Below are positions 1 to 8,641 of a stretch of DNA of 14,777 bases, in pieces (position 1 is the stretch's first letter; each line of letters begins with the position of its first letter). The stretch is taken from NCBI GenBank assembly GCA_034439715.1, contig JAWXAY010000077.1, forward strand, positions 1-14,777, written 5' to 3'. The DNA is from Pseudomonadota bacterium (GTDB lineage Bacteria; Bdellovibrionota; Bdellovibrionia; Bdellovibrionales; SG-bin7). A program made the translations under genes and the position numbers. The notes under the pieces are model-generated. The model did no database searches. It was given only the letters and a program-made list of their open reading frames with translations, and was not told where the DNA came from.

Positions 1-81
1 AATCAAGCCCAACGGGCGCGAGCTGAATGCGAGCGAATTGACGATTTAACAAGCAGAGTGGGCGTTAGTCCTATCTACTAA
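1..81 (+). CDS. Possible 3' end of a gene entering from the left (partial, unknown product)
   Basis: Frame 1 is open from base 1 (NQAQRARAECERIDDLTSRVGVSPIY) to tandem TAA TAA stops at 79-84, followed by an AT-rich spacer converging on the protease. Too short to identify; frame 2 is also open to a stop at 47-49. Confidence 0.3.
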   Translation, partial: NQAQRARAECERIDDLTSRVGVSPIY

Positions 82-128
82 TAAAAGAAAGAACCCAGTT
101 ATCGATGATGTTTAAAAATTTTTTACTT

Positions 129-1373
129 TTACAGCGCGCCAAATGCATCGACGATTCCGCCAGTAATAACTTTGTTTTTTATCGCATCGATTTTTTTGAC
201 TGAAGACAAAATCTTTTCCTTAATCTGCATCCCCGTCATGTTGGGATTCATAGACAAGCTCAGCGCCGCCACACCTGATACAAAAGGTGCAGCCATGGAG
301 GTGCCTGACCAAGACTGATAGCCACCATTGGCGATGCTCAAAATATTTTCTCCGGGAGCTGCCAAATGAACTGTTTCCTTGCCGAAATTCGACCACTCTG
401 GCACTTGCCCCTTATTGTTTAGCGCGGCAACGCTAATGACGTTTGGCACTTGATAACCTGATGGGTAATGAGGATAGCGATCGCTATCCTCACCGTCATT
501 CCCAGCAGATGCCACAAACAGCACACCTTTTTCATGGGAATATTTTATCACATCTTCAAGTGCTTGAGATTTCTCGCCGCCACCCCATGAATTACTTAAT
601 ACTTTTGCACCATTATCTACCGCATACTTGATAGCCTCTAGCGCTCCGGCGAGGGTACCGCTTCCATCTTTCGATAAAAACTTAACAGGCATAATTTTTA
701 CCTGCCAGTTGATTCCGGCCATTCCGTGTCCATCATTGCCCCTGGCGCCAATCGTACCCGCGCAATGAGAGCCGTGACCATGATCATCTAAAGGCTCGCC
801 GTCCTCATTAACAAAATCATATCCGTAAATGTCATCAACAAAGCCATTCCTATCGTCGTCAACGTCGGCTTCACCCCTATACTCCCTTTCATTTATCCAA
901 GCATTAGGGGCAAGATCCTTATATTTGTACTCTACCCCCGTATCAATTACCGCAACCACGATTGAGGGGGAACCCGTAGTGGTATCCCATGCTTTTTCGA
1001 CATTGGTGTCGATGTCTGCTTCTCCCTTTGTGCCGTCACTATCAGCCTGGCCTGTATTTTTCAAACCCCACTGGTTCAAGTAATGCGTGTCATTGGGCTG
1101 CAATTCTGCCCTAAAGATAAAATTAGGTTCTGCATTTTCGACAATAATATTCTTTTTGAGAGAAGCGAGGGATCTATTGGTATTTACAAGGACCCAATTC
1201 TTTGGCCCGCGAAGATCCCTAATTTTTTTAACACCAAGGTGCTTTCTAATTTTATCGCGACGGGTCTGCATAAACTCTTCTTTTAATTTTACCAGGTATT
1301 CGCCGACCACAGACTCTTTTGCAAAACTTTCCTGACACAAAGAAAATGCTAAAACAAAGATGAAATATCTCAT
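129..1373 (-). CDS. Secreted subtilisin-like serine protease (peptidase S8A): signal peptide, I9-like propeptide, catalytic domain, no C-terminal extension
   Basis: Triad motifs VAVIDTG (Asp), HGHGSHCAG (His), SGTSMAAPFVSG (Ser); oxyanion SAGN; acidic Ca-binding-type insert DDDRNGFVDDIYGYDF; signal peptide ending SFA; propeptide signature EYLVKLK...AEPN; SD GGGAG upstream of ATG. Confidence 0.96.
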   Translation of the reverse strand: MRYFIFVLAFSLCQESFAKESVVGEYLVKLKEEFMQTRRDKIRKHLGVKKIRDLRGPKNWVLVNTNRSLASLKKNIIVENAEPNFIFRAELQPNDTHYLNQWGLKNTGQADSDGTKGEADIDTNVEKAWDTTTGSPSIVVAVIDTGVEYKYKDLAPNAWINEREYRGEADVDDDRNGFVDDIYGYDFVNEDGEPLDDHGHGSHCAGTIGARGNDGHGMAGINWQVKIMPVKFLSKDGSGTLAGALEAIKYAVDNGAKVLSNSWGGGEKSQALEDVIKYSHEKGVLFVASAGNDGEDSDRYPHYPSGYQVPNVISVAALNNKGQVPEWSNFGKETVHLAAPGENILSIANGGYQSWSGTSMAAPFVSGVAALSLSMNPNMTGMQIKEKILSSVKKIDAIKNKVITGGIVDAFGAL

Positions 1374-1411
1374 GAGATGCTCCCGTAGGGTTGAATTTCC
1401 TTCTACGGTAA

Positions 1412-1439
1412 TTATCGGAACCTTGAATTGAGCACCTAA
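1412..1439 (-). promoter_or_regulatory. Candidate sigma28 (FliA) promoter for the S8 protease
   Basis: Minus strand reads TTAGG-tgctcaattcaaggt-TCCGATAA, i.e. TAGG-N15-TCCGATAA versus consensus TAAA-N15-GCCGATAA; the -10 element lies about 40 bp upstream of the ATG. Confidence 0.55.
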
Positions 1440-1448
1440 GGTAATGGC

Positions 1449-1473
1449 AGTCTAGCGACGGCCTAGGTAGACT
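1449..1473 (-). terminator. Stem-loop just downstream of the nuo operon's last gene (possible weak terminator or RNA stability hairpin)
   Basis: Inverted repeat AGTCTA (1449-1454) / TAGACT (1468-1473), 5 bp past the stop codon; no U-tract follows. Confidence 0.3.
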
Positions 1474-1478
1474 TTAGA

Positions 1479-2453
1479 TTAGCCCTGCAGGCTTAAAACT
1501 TTCTCGCGGGCTCGGTTTATTATCTCCACAATATTTGGGAGTCGTAAGAGTTCCGCAGAAAAAACCACAGTACCCCGAAACTCCTCTTCACTAAGGGGAT
1601 TTCCCCTCATCCATTCAACAAGCTTGGGGCTGGGCCAATGACAGAGACTAGTTGTAAACAAAGACCCACAGCTGGACTCACTTGCTTCATTTATTGTATC
1701 AATGAGAGCTGCGCCATCCATGTCTTGCCAAATCAGCACAGCTCGATCAAATATTCTGCCAGATAATCGATTTTCGTTTGATTTAAAAAAGACCCTGCAA
1801 TTCGAGAAATTATTATTCTCAAAACTAGTGACCAGCGCTTTTTCCCCTTGTCTCATTTCTGTAGGAATATCAAAAGTCTGTGGATTGAATTCCTCCCAAT
1901 TGAAATGAGAGGCTAAAGGAGCACTTATTTTAATTCGCTCTCCTAGTAAGGCCACCGCCCGACCCACTCCAGCACTCCAAATTTTGACTTCGTAGCTATC
2001 AATTTTTTCTGGTAAGGGCTGGTAAAACTGTAGCCTATTTGAAACGCTCAATAAAAATATTTTTTTTGCAGCTAAAATTTTTCTTAACTCTGAAGTGTCG
2101 AAAATTTCGCCGGTAATCGGATGATCCTCCGCGAACATAACAAGCAAGGTATCTTTTGAAAGGCTTTCTGCCCAGGCCTTAGGGTCCTTGAGTGAGTCTC
2201 CTGTTGTCGCCTGTACCTTGTATCCCAGCTTTGAAAAATCTTTTGAGATTTGATCAATAAAATAGTTGCAACCAGAAACGACGCCGATAGAAATTTTATG
2301 CATAAAAAGATGAGATAGGCCTAAAGATATTTCTTTAAGCGCATGGTGCAGGCCCAAATAGACCTGAACCTCTATGGACTTTAAATTTAGGATCTTAGCA
2401 ACTTCTGTGTTTAAATTTTTCCAGCTATCGAGATTATATTTTTCGATTAACAA
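1479..2453 (-). CDS. Degenerate cysteine desulfurase (IscS/NifS, class V aminotransferase fold)-like protein, predicted PLP-less; last gene of the nuo operon
   Basis: Manual alignment to E. coli IscS: EVAKILNLKSIEVQVYLG ~ QIADLVGADPREIVFTSG; LGYKV ~ EGFEV; DTLLVMFAEDHPITGEIFD ~ DTILVSIMHVNNEIGVVQD; MDGAALI ~ VEGESLI; TTSLCHWPSP ~ SGSACTSASL; LSEEEFRGTVVFS ~ LNDELAHSSIRFS. Preferred start is TTG at 2453, 1 nt after the nuoI stop and preceded by AGGG; the ORF-track ATG at 2483 overlaps nuoI by 29 nt. Confidence 0.7.
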   Translation of the reverse strand: MLIEKYNLDSWKNLNTEVAKILNLKSIEVQVYLGLHHALKEISLGLSHLFMHKISIGVVSGCNYFIDQISKDFSKLGYKVQATTGDSLKDPKAWAESLSKDTLLVMFAEDHPITGEIFDTSELRKILAAKKIFLLSVSNRLQFYQPLPEKIDSYEVKIWSAGVGRAVALLGERIKISAPLASHFNWEEFNPQTFDIPTEMRQGEKALVTSFENNNFSNCRVFFKSNENRLSGRIFDRAVLIWQDMDGAALIDTINEASESSCGSLFTTSLCHWPSPKLVEWMRGNPLSEEEFRGTVVFSAELLRLPNIVEIINRAREKVLSLQG

Positions 2454-2454
2454 T

Positions 2455-2979
2455 CTATATCCCTGCTTGATGCCGTTCCTCATCCTCTACCGTGGAAGGT
2501 ATTCCACCTTTTAGGGCTGGCCTGTAGGCTAAAAATCGAATATCGTAAATAAAATTAGATCCATTGACACCTGGAATCTGCCATTCGGGCCCAAGCCTAA
2601 CCGCATCCACAGGACAAGCTTCTTCACACATGCCGCAGAAAACACAACGCAGGATATCGATCTCGTATTTAACGGGGTATTTTTCTACCACCGGATCATC
2701 ATGCTCAGCCGCTACGATATTTATACATTCAGCCGGACAGGCCGTCGCACAAAGCATACATGCCGTACACCGGAGTGACCCATCCTTTTTAACCGTTAAT
2801 ATATGAGTCCCTTTAAAACGAGGTGAATACTCGAATTTTTCCTCGGGGTAATTTAGTGTTGGCATACTTTTTCGATTAAAAATATTCGCTAACATCTTTT
2901 TAATTGTAAAAAACAGCCCGGCAATAATTCCAGGCAAAAACCATCTATCTATGGCTGCATCTTTTTTAACTAAGCTCAT
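2455..2979 (-). CDS. nuoI: NADH-quinone oxidoreductase subunit I
   Basis: TLNYPEEK...RFKG; two 4Fe-4S motifs CTACMLCATACP and CVFCGMCEEACP (N6a/N6b); ATGA overlap with the nuoG stop. Confidence 0.97.
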   Translation of the reverse strand: MSLVKKDAAIDRWFLPGIIAGLFFTIKKMLANIFNRKSMPTLNYPEEKFEYSPRFKGTHILTVKKDGSLRCTACMLCATACPAECINIVAAEHDDPVVEKYPVKYEIDILRCVFCGMCEEACPVDAVRLGPEWQIPGVNGSNFIYDIRFLAYRPALKGGIPSTVEDEERHQAGI

Positions 2980-4529
2980 AGATCTCCTCGATGATGAAAG
3001 AATTCATTCCATACTCTTTCGCCCTTAACTGGAGTTTTCGAATCAAAAGGAATTTCGTCACCAGCAAATAACGCGGCAGCCTCAGTTAGAGTTAATGCTC
3101 CTGAAACGATATTTGTTACAGGTTTAATTTTTTGCTCCAGCCCCTTAAAATTAATGTAGGTTCCCGATTTTTCAATGGTGGACTTAACCGGTATTTGCCA
3201 ACAACTCTTAAGCAGTTCCGTTCCGAGCACCTGATTAGTGGTGAGCCAAACCACATTATCAACGCTGTTTAACAATTTCAGTTTTTCACTAATATCTGGA
3301 TAAACCTCTTGATTTTCTGGCCCCAAAACAACCACTATCTTTAATTGCTTGGCTTTTATCTTTTCTTCAAGCTTGTCCCAAGTCTGATCAAACTTACATT
3401 TGCTAAGGGCTCGCAACAGACCCTTAGTATTCGGATTTTTGTCGCCCCGATACAGCAGACCATCAAATGCCTCAAAGGTCTTTTGATTATTGATCCAATA
3501 AAAAACATTGTTTGATCCTAATTTAATTTTAAAGAGCTCAAACATAGCAGCATACTCTTCGTTGGAATACTGGGCGGTTACAATTAAGCCAATTGAATCA
3601 CCACCGCCTTCTTTTTTTATTTTTTCTATAAGTTGGGCTGTTTGCTTGGCCAATTCACCGGCGTCACATTCAGTGGTTTTACCTTCCTCGGTTTTCTTTC
3701 CCTTAGTTAGACGTGCTTCTACGTTGAGGTGTTTATAGGTGTCGCGTCCTTTGTCACACATCCAGTGGCCATTAACGTCAGAGTTATATTTGGGCTTTAA
3801 TCGATATACTCCGCCCTTATTGAAATAAACATTTACATTACAACCGGTAGAGCAACCCGTACAGATCGACTCGCGGTTTTTTAATAACCACACTCGTTGC
3901 TTAAAACGAAAATCTTTGGCAGTGAGGGCTCCCACTGGGCAAATATCCACTGTATTAACTGAGTAATTATTATTTAATGGCTTATCTTGAAAAGTTCCAA
4001 CTTCACTGCGGTCGCCACGATTAAAAATGCCCAGTTCATTTGTTTTCGAGACCTCATCAGTAAAGCGAACACAGCGAGAACATAGAATGCACCGCTCAGT
4101 ATCAAGAACAACTCTTTCTCCCAAGTCGACAACTTTGCGTTTTTTTACTTTACCTTGGCCCATTTCTGGTTCGTATTTTCCAAAATGCATGTACTGTTCT
4201 TGCAATCCACACTCACCGGCCTGATCGCAAATCGGGCAATCGAGTGGATGGTTTATTAGATGAAAATCTAGCGCCCATTTTACTGAGTCTTTTGCCTTAT
4301 CGGAAACATTTGAAATTTTCATGCCCTCTGTAATTTTAGTGTTACAAGCAATCTGAGTTCGAGGCATACCTTCAATTTCCACCATGCAAAGTCGGCACAC
4401 CCCTGCAATACTCAGTCCCGGATGATAGCAATAGTGAGCAATGGGAACTTCTTTTTGATAGAAGGCCTCCATAATTGTAGTACCGTCTTTGACTTCAATC
4501 TCTTTACCATTAATGGTGCATTTTGGCAT
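2976..4529 (-). CDS. nuoG: NADH-quinone oxidoreductase subunit G (short, ~517 aa)
   Basis: N1b CYHPGLSIAGVCRLC..IAC; N5 HPLDCPICDQAGEC; N4 RCILCSRCVRF..ICPVGAL; N7 CTGCSTGC-x27-C. Start placed at the MPKCTING ATG (4529) with SD AAGGA, not at the ORF-track start 4586 deeper inside nuoF. Confidence 0.94.
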   Translation of the reverse strand: MPKCTINGKEIEVKDGTTIMEAFYQKEVPIAHYCYHPGLSIAGVCRLCMVEIEGMPRTQIACNTKITEGMKISNVSDKAKDSVKWALDFHLINHPLDCPICDQAGECGLQEQYMHFGKYEPEMGQGKVKKRKVVDLGERVVLDTERCILCSRCVRFTDEVSKTNELGIFNRGDRSEVGTFQDKPLNNNYSVNTVDICPVGALTAKDFRFKQRVWLLKNRESICTGCSTGCNVNVYFNKGGVYRLKPKYNSDVNGHWMCDKGRDTYKHLNVEARLTKGKKTEEGKTTECDAGELAKQTAQLIEKIKKEGGGDSIGLIVTAQYSNEEYAAMFELFKIKLGSNNVFYWINNQKTFEAFDGLLYRGDKNPNTKGLLRALSKCKFDQTWDKLEEKIKAKQLKIVVVLGPENQEVYPDISEKLKLLNSVDNVVWLTTNQVLGTELLKSCWQIPVKSTIEKSGTYINFKGLEQKIKPVTNIVSGALTLTEAAALFAGDEIPFDSKTPVKGERVWNEFFHHRGDL

Positions 4530-5799
4530 AAGAGGTTCCTTTAATTTTTGAGCGACCTTCTCGAACAAAAAATTCAAACTCATCACGAAATTTTAATACA
4601 AAACTCATGGCAGGAAAGGCCGCCGCATCCGACAATGCACAAATTGTTCGGCCGCACATATTACGGGCTACGGTTTCGATAAGATCGATATCCTGGAGCT
4701 TGCCTTGCCCGCTCTTTATACCGTTGACAAGCTTCTCTAGCCAACCCGTGCCCTCACGGCAAGGTGTACACTGCCCGCAAGATTCATGGTGATAAAAATG
4801 CATTAAGACGCCCAATAAATCCACCATACAATTGGTGTCATCAATAACTATAACTGCACCTGAGCCCAACATGGTATCCATTTGAGCTAAACATTCATAG
4901 TCAAGGGTCGCCTTTTCAGATTCTTCTTTATTCAAAATTTTTGCCGAAGAACCACCAGGAATTACCGCTTTAAGCTTTCTCCCGGGTTTCAATCCACCAC
5001 CTTCAATATTAATTAAATCTATAAGTTTATAACCGAGTGGCACTTCATAATTTCCCGGCTTGACGACATTTCCACTGAGCGAAAACAATTTGGTTCCCGG
5101 TGACTTTTCAGTTCCTTGCTTTCGAAATGCGGCTGCTCCATCTCGAATAACCAGTGTGACGGCAGCCAGCGTTTCAACGTTGTTAACTATTGTGGGTTTA
5201 CCCAGGTAACCTTGAATCGCCGGGAATGGCGGCTTTAATTTCGGTTGCCCCTTCTTACCTTCTAGCGAAGAAATCATTCCGGTTTCTTCTCCACAAATGT
5301 ATGCGCCAGCGCCCGAATAAATATCCATGTCGTGATTAAAGCCACTCCCTAAAATATTTTTTCCGAGTAAGCCATTATCATAAGCTTCACGCAGGGCCTT
5401 CTCGACGATACTCTTAGGATAAAAATACTCGCCTCGAATATAGATATAAGATTTTGGAGAGCCAATAGCAAAAGCAGATATGATCATGCCTTCTATCAGC
5501 TGATGGGGAGCGCGCTCCATCATCAAACGATCTTTATAGGTACCGGGTTCACCTTCGTCGGCGTTACACAGTAGATATCTTGGCTCACCATTGTTTGGCA
5601 AAAAACCCCATTTAACTCCTGTAGGAAATCCAGCCCCTCCACGACCTCTTAAACCTGAGGCTTTTACTTCATTGATAATATCGAGAGGCTTCATCTTCAA
5701 AGCTTTCTTGAGGTTTTCGTAGCCACCCAATTTTTGATAACCCTTAATGGTGGCATAGCCATCTTTATCGTAATGTTCCGTGAGGTGCTTAACTTCCAT
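4510..5799 (-). CDS. nuoF: NADH-quinone oxidoreductase subunit F (FMN/NADH binding)
   Basis: SGLRGRGGAGFPTG, NADEGEPGT, GAGAYICGEETG, NNVETL; N3 ligands ESCGQCTPCREG...TICAL. Confidence 0.98.
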   Translation of the reverse strand: MEVKHLTEHYDKDGYATIKGYQKLGGYENLKKALKMKPLDIINEVKASGLRGRGGAGFPTGVKWGFLPNNGEPRYLLCNADEGEPGTYKDRLMMERAPHQLIEGMIISAFAIGSPKSYIYIRGEYFYPKSIVEKALREAYDNGLLGKNILGSGFNHDMDIYSGAGAYICGEETGMISSLEGKKGQPKLKPPFPAIQGYLGKPTIVNNVETLAAVTLVIRDGAAAFRKQGTEKSPGTKLFSLSGNVVKPGNYEVPLGYKLIDLINIEGGGLKPGRKLKAVIPGGSSAKILNKEESEKATLDYECLAQMDTMLGSGAVIVIDDTNCMVDLLGVLMHFYHHESCGQCTPCREGTGWLEKLVNGIKSGQGKLQDIDLIETVARNMCGRTICALSDAAAFPAMSFVLKFRDEFEFFVREGRSKIKGTSYAKMHH

Positions 5800-6283
5800 G
5801 AGAATTTCCTTTTGCCATATTTTTCAAAACATGAACCGCCTTCTCAGGAGTTAAATTTTCATGGTACTCTTCATTGACCTGCATCATAGGTGCACCACCA
5901 CAGGCGCCTAAGCATTCCACACGTGAAAAGCTAAAATTTCCATCTGAGGTTACTTCTCCATCATTAACTCTAAATTCTTTCGTTAAGTGTTGAACAAGTT
6001 CTCGGCCACCATTCATAGCGCAAGAAATATTACAACAAACCTGAACATGGAACTTACCCACAGGTTTTTTGTTGTACATTGTGTAAAACATAAAGACTTC
6101 TTGAATTTGTGATTCTGGAATATCCATCAAGTGCGCGAGGTAAGAAATTATCTCGGCATTAATATATCCACCGTTTTCTTCTTGAGCCAGGGTAAGGCAA
6201 GGTAAAATAGCCGATCGCCGACTCTCGTACCGCGAGAGCTCATTTTTTACAAACTCTGTACCTTTATTAGAAAGTTTAAACAT
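5789..6283 (-). CDS. nuoE: NADH-quinone oxidoreductase subunit E
   Basis: FYTMY, 2Fe-2S N1a ligands VCCNISC...ECLGACGGAP, YHENLT; SD AGGA upstream. Confidence 0.97.
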   Translation of the reverse strand: MFKLSNKGTEFVKNELSRYESRRSAILPCLTLAQEENGGYINAEIISYLAHLMDIPESQIQEVFMFYTMYNKKPVGKFHVQVCCNISCAMNGGRELVQHLTKEFRVNDGEVTSDGNFSFSRVECLGACGGAPMMQVNEEYHENLTPEKAVHVLKNMAKGNSHGS

Positions 6284-6288
6284 AATTC

Positions 6289-7965
6289 CTACCTATCTAG
6301 TTCGCCAGCTACGATGTTAACACTCCCAAGCATAGCCACGGCATCGGCTATCAATCCTCCCGTGATGGCTTCAGGAAACTGCTGATAAATCGAAAAACAC
6401 GGTGGACGCACCTTTAAGCGATAAGGGCTTCCACTGCCATCACTCACCAAATAAAACCCCAATTCACCATTAGCACTTTCAAGACAATCATAGATTTCAC
6501 CCTTAGGTGGACGTAGCCCATGAATCACCAGCATAAAATGGTTCATCAATCCTTCGATATTTCCGTATACGTCGCGTTTTTCGGGCAATACAATATTTTT
6601 ATCACGAATCGTATAATCTCCCCCTGGAACATTCTTAGCCACTTGTTCAATTATTCTTAAGGACTGACGCATTTCCTCTACCCGCACGAGATATCGATCA
6701 TAGACATCACCAGTTGAACCGATCGGCACATCAAAATCTAAAGTATTATATCCATAATAGGGAGTCAGCTTCCTCAAATCCAAACTCACTCCGGCCGCTC
6801 GCAAGCAGGGACCAGCAAAACCCCAATCTATCGCCGAATCTGCAGAAATTGCACCAACCCCTCGCGTCCGCTCTATCCAAATTTTATTCCCAGTTAAAAG
6901 TTTATCTAATTCACCCACACCCTTACGAATTTTTTTACAAGTATCCAAGACGTCGTCGAACCAACCTTGAGGAGCATCGTTCGCCATACCACCCACACGT
7001 GTTAGCGAGACCGTAAGCCGAGCCCCACAAAGTTTTTCAAACAGCGTGTAAACCATTTCACGGTAAGTAAACAAATGAAAAAAACCAGTTAGCGCTCCGA
7101 GATCCACGGCATTGGCACCGATACAGACAAAGTGATCGATGATTCGCGAAAGCTCCATTAATATTATTCGCATTGCTTGAGCTTTAGAGGGAACTTCAAC
7201 ACCCAAAAGCCGCTCGACCGTCTTACAGTAACCCACGTTATTAATGGGGGCCGAACAATAATTAAGGCGATCTGTATAGGGAATAACTTGATTGTAAGTA
7301 TGGGTCTCGGCCATCTTTTCAAAACAACGATGTAAATAACCAATTTCCACTTCAGCCTTAGAAATTTTTTCTCCATCCAGAGCTGCCATAACTCTAAAAG
7401 TTCCATGCGTAGCCGGATGCGACGGCCCTATATTTAATGGAATTAAATTCTCAGGCAGATTGTTGGCATTAAAGCCATCACCAAACTCAATGGGCAGGGC
7501 GGTCGTACAATGTTGTTGATGATTTGGGTCATAGTCTTTTCTTAATGGATGTCCGACAAACTCGTGATGCGTAAGAATTCGCGTGAGATTAGGGTGACCC
7601 TTAAATAGAATACCAAAAAGATCATAGGCTTCTCGCTCGAACCAATTTGCGCAACGCCAAACAGGCGTCATGGAATCTATGGTTTCGCCATCACCGACTT
7701 GGCACTTAACTCTCAGCCGCTGTGTCGACTTAGACGAAAACAAATGATAAACTACATCAAATCTTTTCTGCCGCTCGGGATAATCGACACCACAAACGTC
7801 CAATAGAAAATCAAATTTCCCCGAAGATCTAAGGTACTTCATGACCTCAATGATGTCTTCTTTAGACACCAGTAGAACGTCGTCGCCAAAATTATTGAAC
7901 AACTCAAATGTTTTATTGGAAAGCCGAGTGTTCAGCTCGGACCTCAGGTCTTCAATTCGACTCAT
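6289..7965 (-). CDS. nuoCD: NADH-quinone oxidoreductase fused subunit C/D
   Basis: NuoC part: [32 protein letters not shown]. NuoD part: [40 protein letters not shown]-terminal GELDR. ATGA overlap with nuoB. Confidence 0.97.
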   Translation of the reverse strand: MSRIEDLRSELNTRLSNKTFELFNNFGDDVLLVSKEDIIEVMKYLRSSGKFDFLLDVCGVDYPERQKRFDVVYHLFSSKSTQRLRVKCQVGDGETIDSMTPVWRCANWFEREAYDLFGILFKGHPNLTRILTHHEFVGHPLRKDYDPNHQQHCTTALPIEFGDGFNANNLPENLIPLNIGPSHPATHGTFRVMAALDGEKISKAEVEIGYLHRCFEKMAETHTYNQVIPYTDRLNYCSAPINNVGYCKTVERLLGVEVPSKAQAMRIILMELSRIIDHFVCIGANAVDLGALTGFFHLFTYREMVYTLFEKLCGARLTVSLTRVGGMANDAPQGWFDDVLDTCKKIRKGVGELDKLLTGNKIWIERTRGVGAISADSAIDWGFAGPCLRAAGVSLDLRKLTPYYGYNTLDFDVPIGSTGDVYDRYLVRVEEMRQSLRIIEQVAKNVPGGDYTIRDKNIVLPEKRDVYGNIEGLMNHFMLVIHGLRPPKGEIYDCLESANGELGFYLVSDGSGSPYRLKVRPPCFSIYQQFPEAITGGLIADAVAMLGSVNIVAGELDR

Positions 7966-8531
7966 TTTGCTAACCCCGCTCTAGAACGCCAGGGTTCAGG
8001 CATTTGCCATTTGTCTTTCCAGGGCCGAGGTTGATTCGTGGCGATCATTCGTTGTAATGACATTACTCCGTCTAAAACAGCTTCCGGAGTGGGTGGACAG
8101 CCAGGTACGTAAACATCAACCGGAACCACTTTGTCAATTCCCTGCAAGACATGATAGGCCCTGTAAAATCCGCCGGAGCTTGCGCAAACGCCCATCGAGA
8201 GAACATACTTTGGTTCCAACATTTGTTGATAGACATGAAGCAGAATCGGCGCCATTTTTTCGGTAATCGTTCCTGCCACCAACAAAAGATCTGATTGACG
8301 GGGAGAAAATCTAACGACTTCGGCGCCAAATCTCGCCAAATCATACTTAGGTCCCATGACCGACATGAGTTCAATTCCACAACAAGCAGTTCCAAAGGGC
8401 AATGGCCATAACGAGTTCTTGCGTCCCCATGCTACGATGGAGTCAATTGTAGACGTAAAGGCAAATTGTCGAGACAAATTCTCGATATCAGACCTGCTGG
8501 TTGGCGGAGTTATCGGCGTCGATTGATTCAT
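7962..8531 (-). CDS. nuoB: NADH-quinone oxidoreductase subunit B; first gene of the operon
   Basis: [10 protein letters not shown]2 tandem-Cys motif [41 protein letters not shown]. Confidence 0.98.
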   Translation of the reverse strand: MNQSTPITPPTSRSDIENLSRQFAFTSTIDSIVAWGRKNSLWPLPFGTACCGIELMSVMGPKYDLARFGAEVVRFSPRQSDLLLVAGTITEKMAPILLHVYQQMLEPKYVLSMGVCASSGGFYRAYHVLQGIDKVVPVDVYVPGCPPTPEAVLDGVMSLQRMIATNQPRPWKDKWQMPEPWRSRAGLAK

Positions 8532-8641
8532 ATAAGTCCCTTAATCTTCTAAGTTTATACACCAAATAAAATTGAATTTCGCCGGAATTTTCAATGAAGT
8601 AGCCACAGCGCATTCAATGTGAGCTTTTTAAGTATTGTATT

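Noticed and set aside
1479..2483. Calling this gene a functional iscS or a decaying pseudogene
   Set aside because: The PLP Lys, Asp and His equivalents are absent, so iscS is unsupported. The frame is uninterrupted and tightly coupled to nuoI, so pseudogene is also unsupported.
2976..4529. Formate dehydrogenase or [FeFe]-hydrogenase catalytic subunit instead of NuoG
   Set aside because: No H-cluster motifs or recognisable Mo-ligand segment; the C-terminal region is too reduced, and the context is nuoEF-G-I.
6289..8531. Group 4 [NiFe]-hydrogenase or formate hydrogenlyase interpretation of the membrane-less nuo cluster (extra Cys in HRCFEK and RLNYCS)
   Set aside because: Neither Ni-binding CxxC motif is present (RLNYCS; C-terminal GELDR), NuoB has the complex I tandem CC, and the quinone-site His and Tyr are retained.
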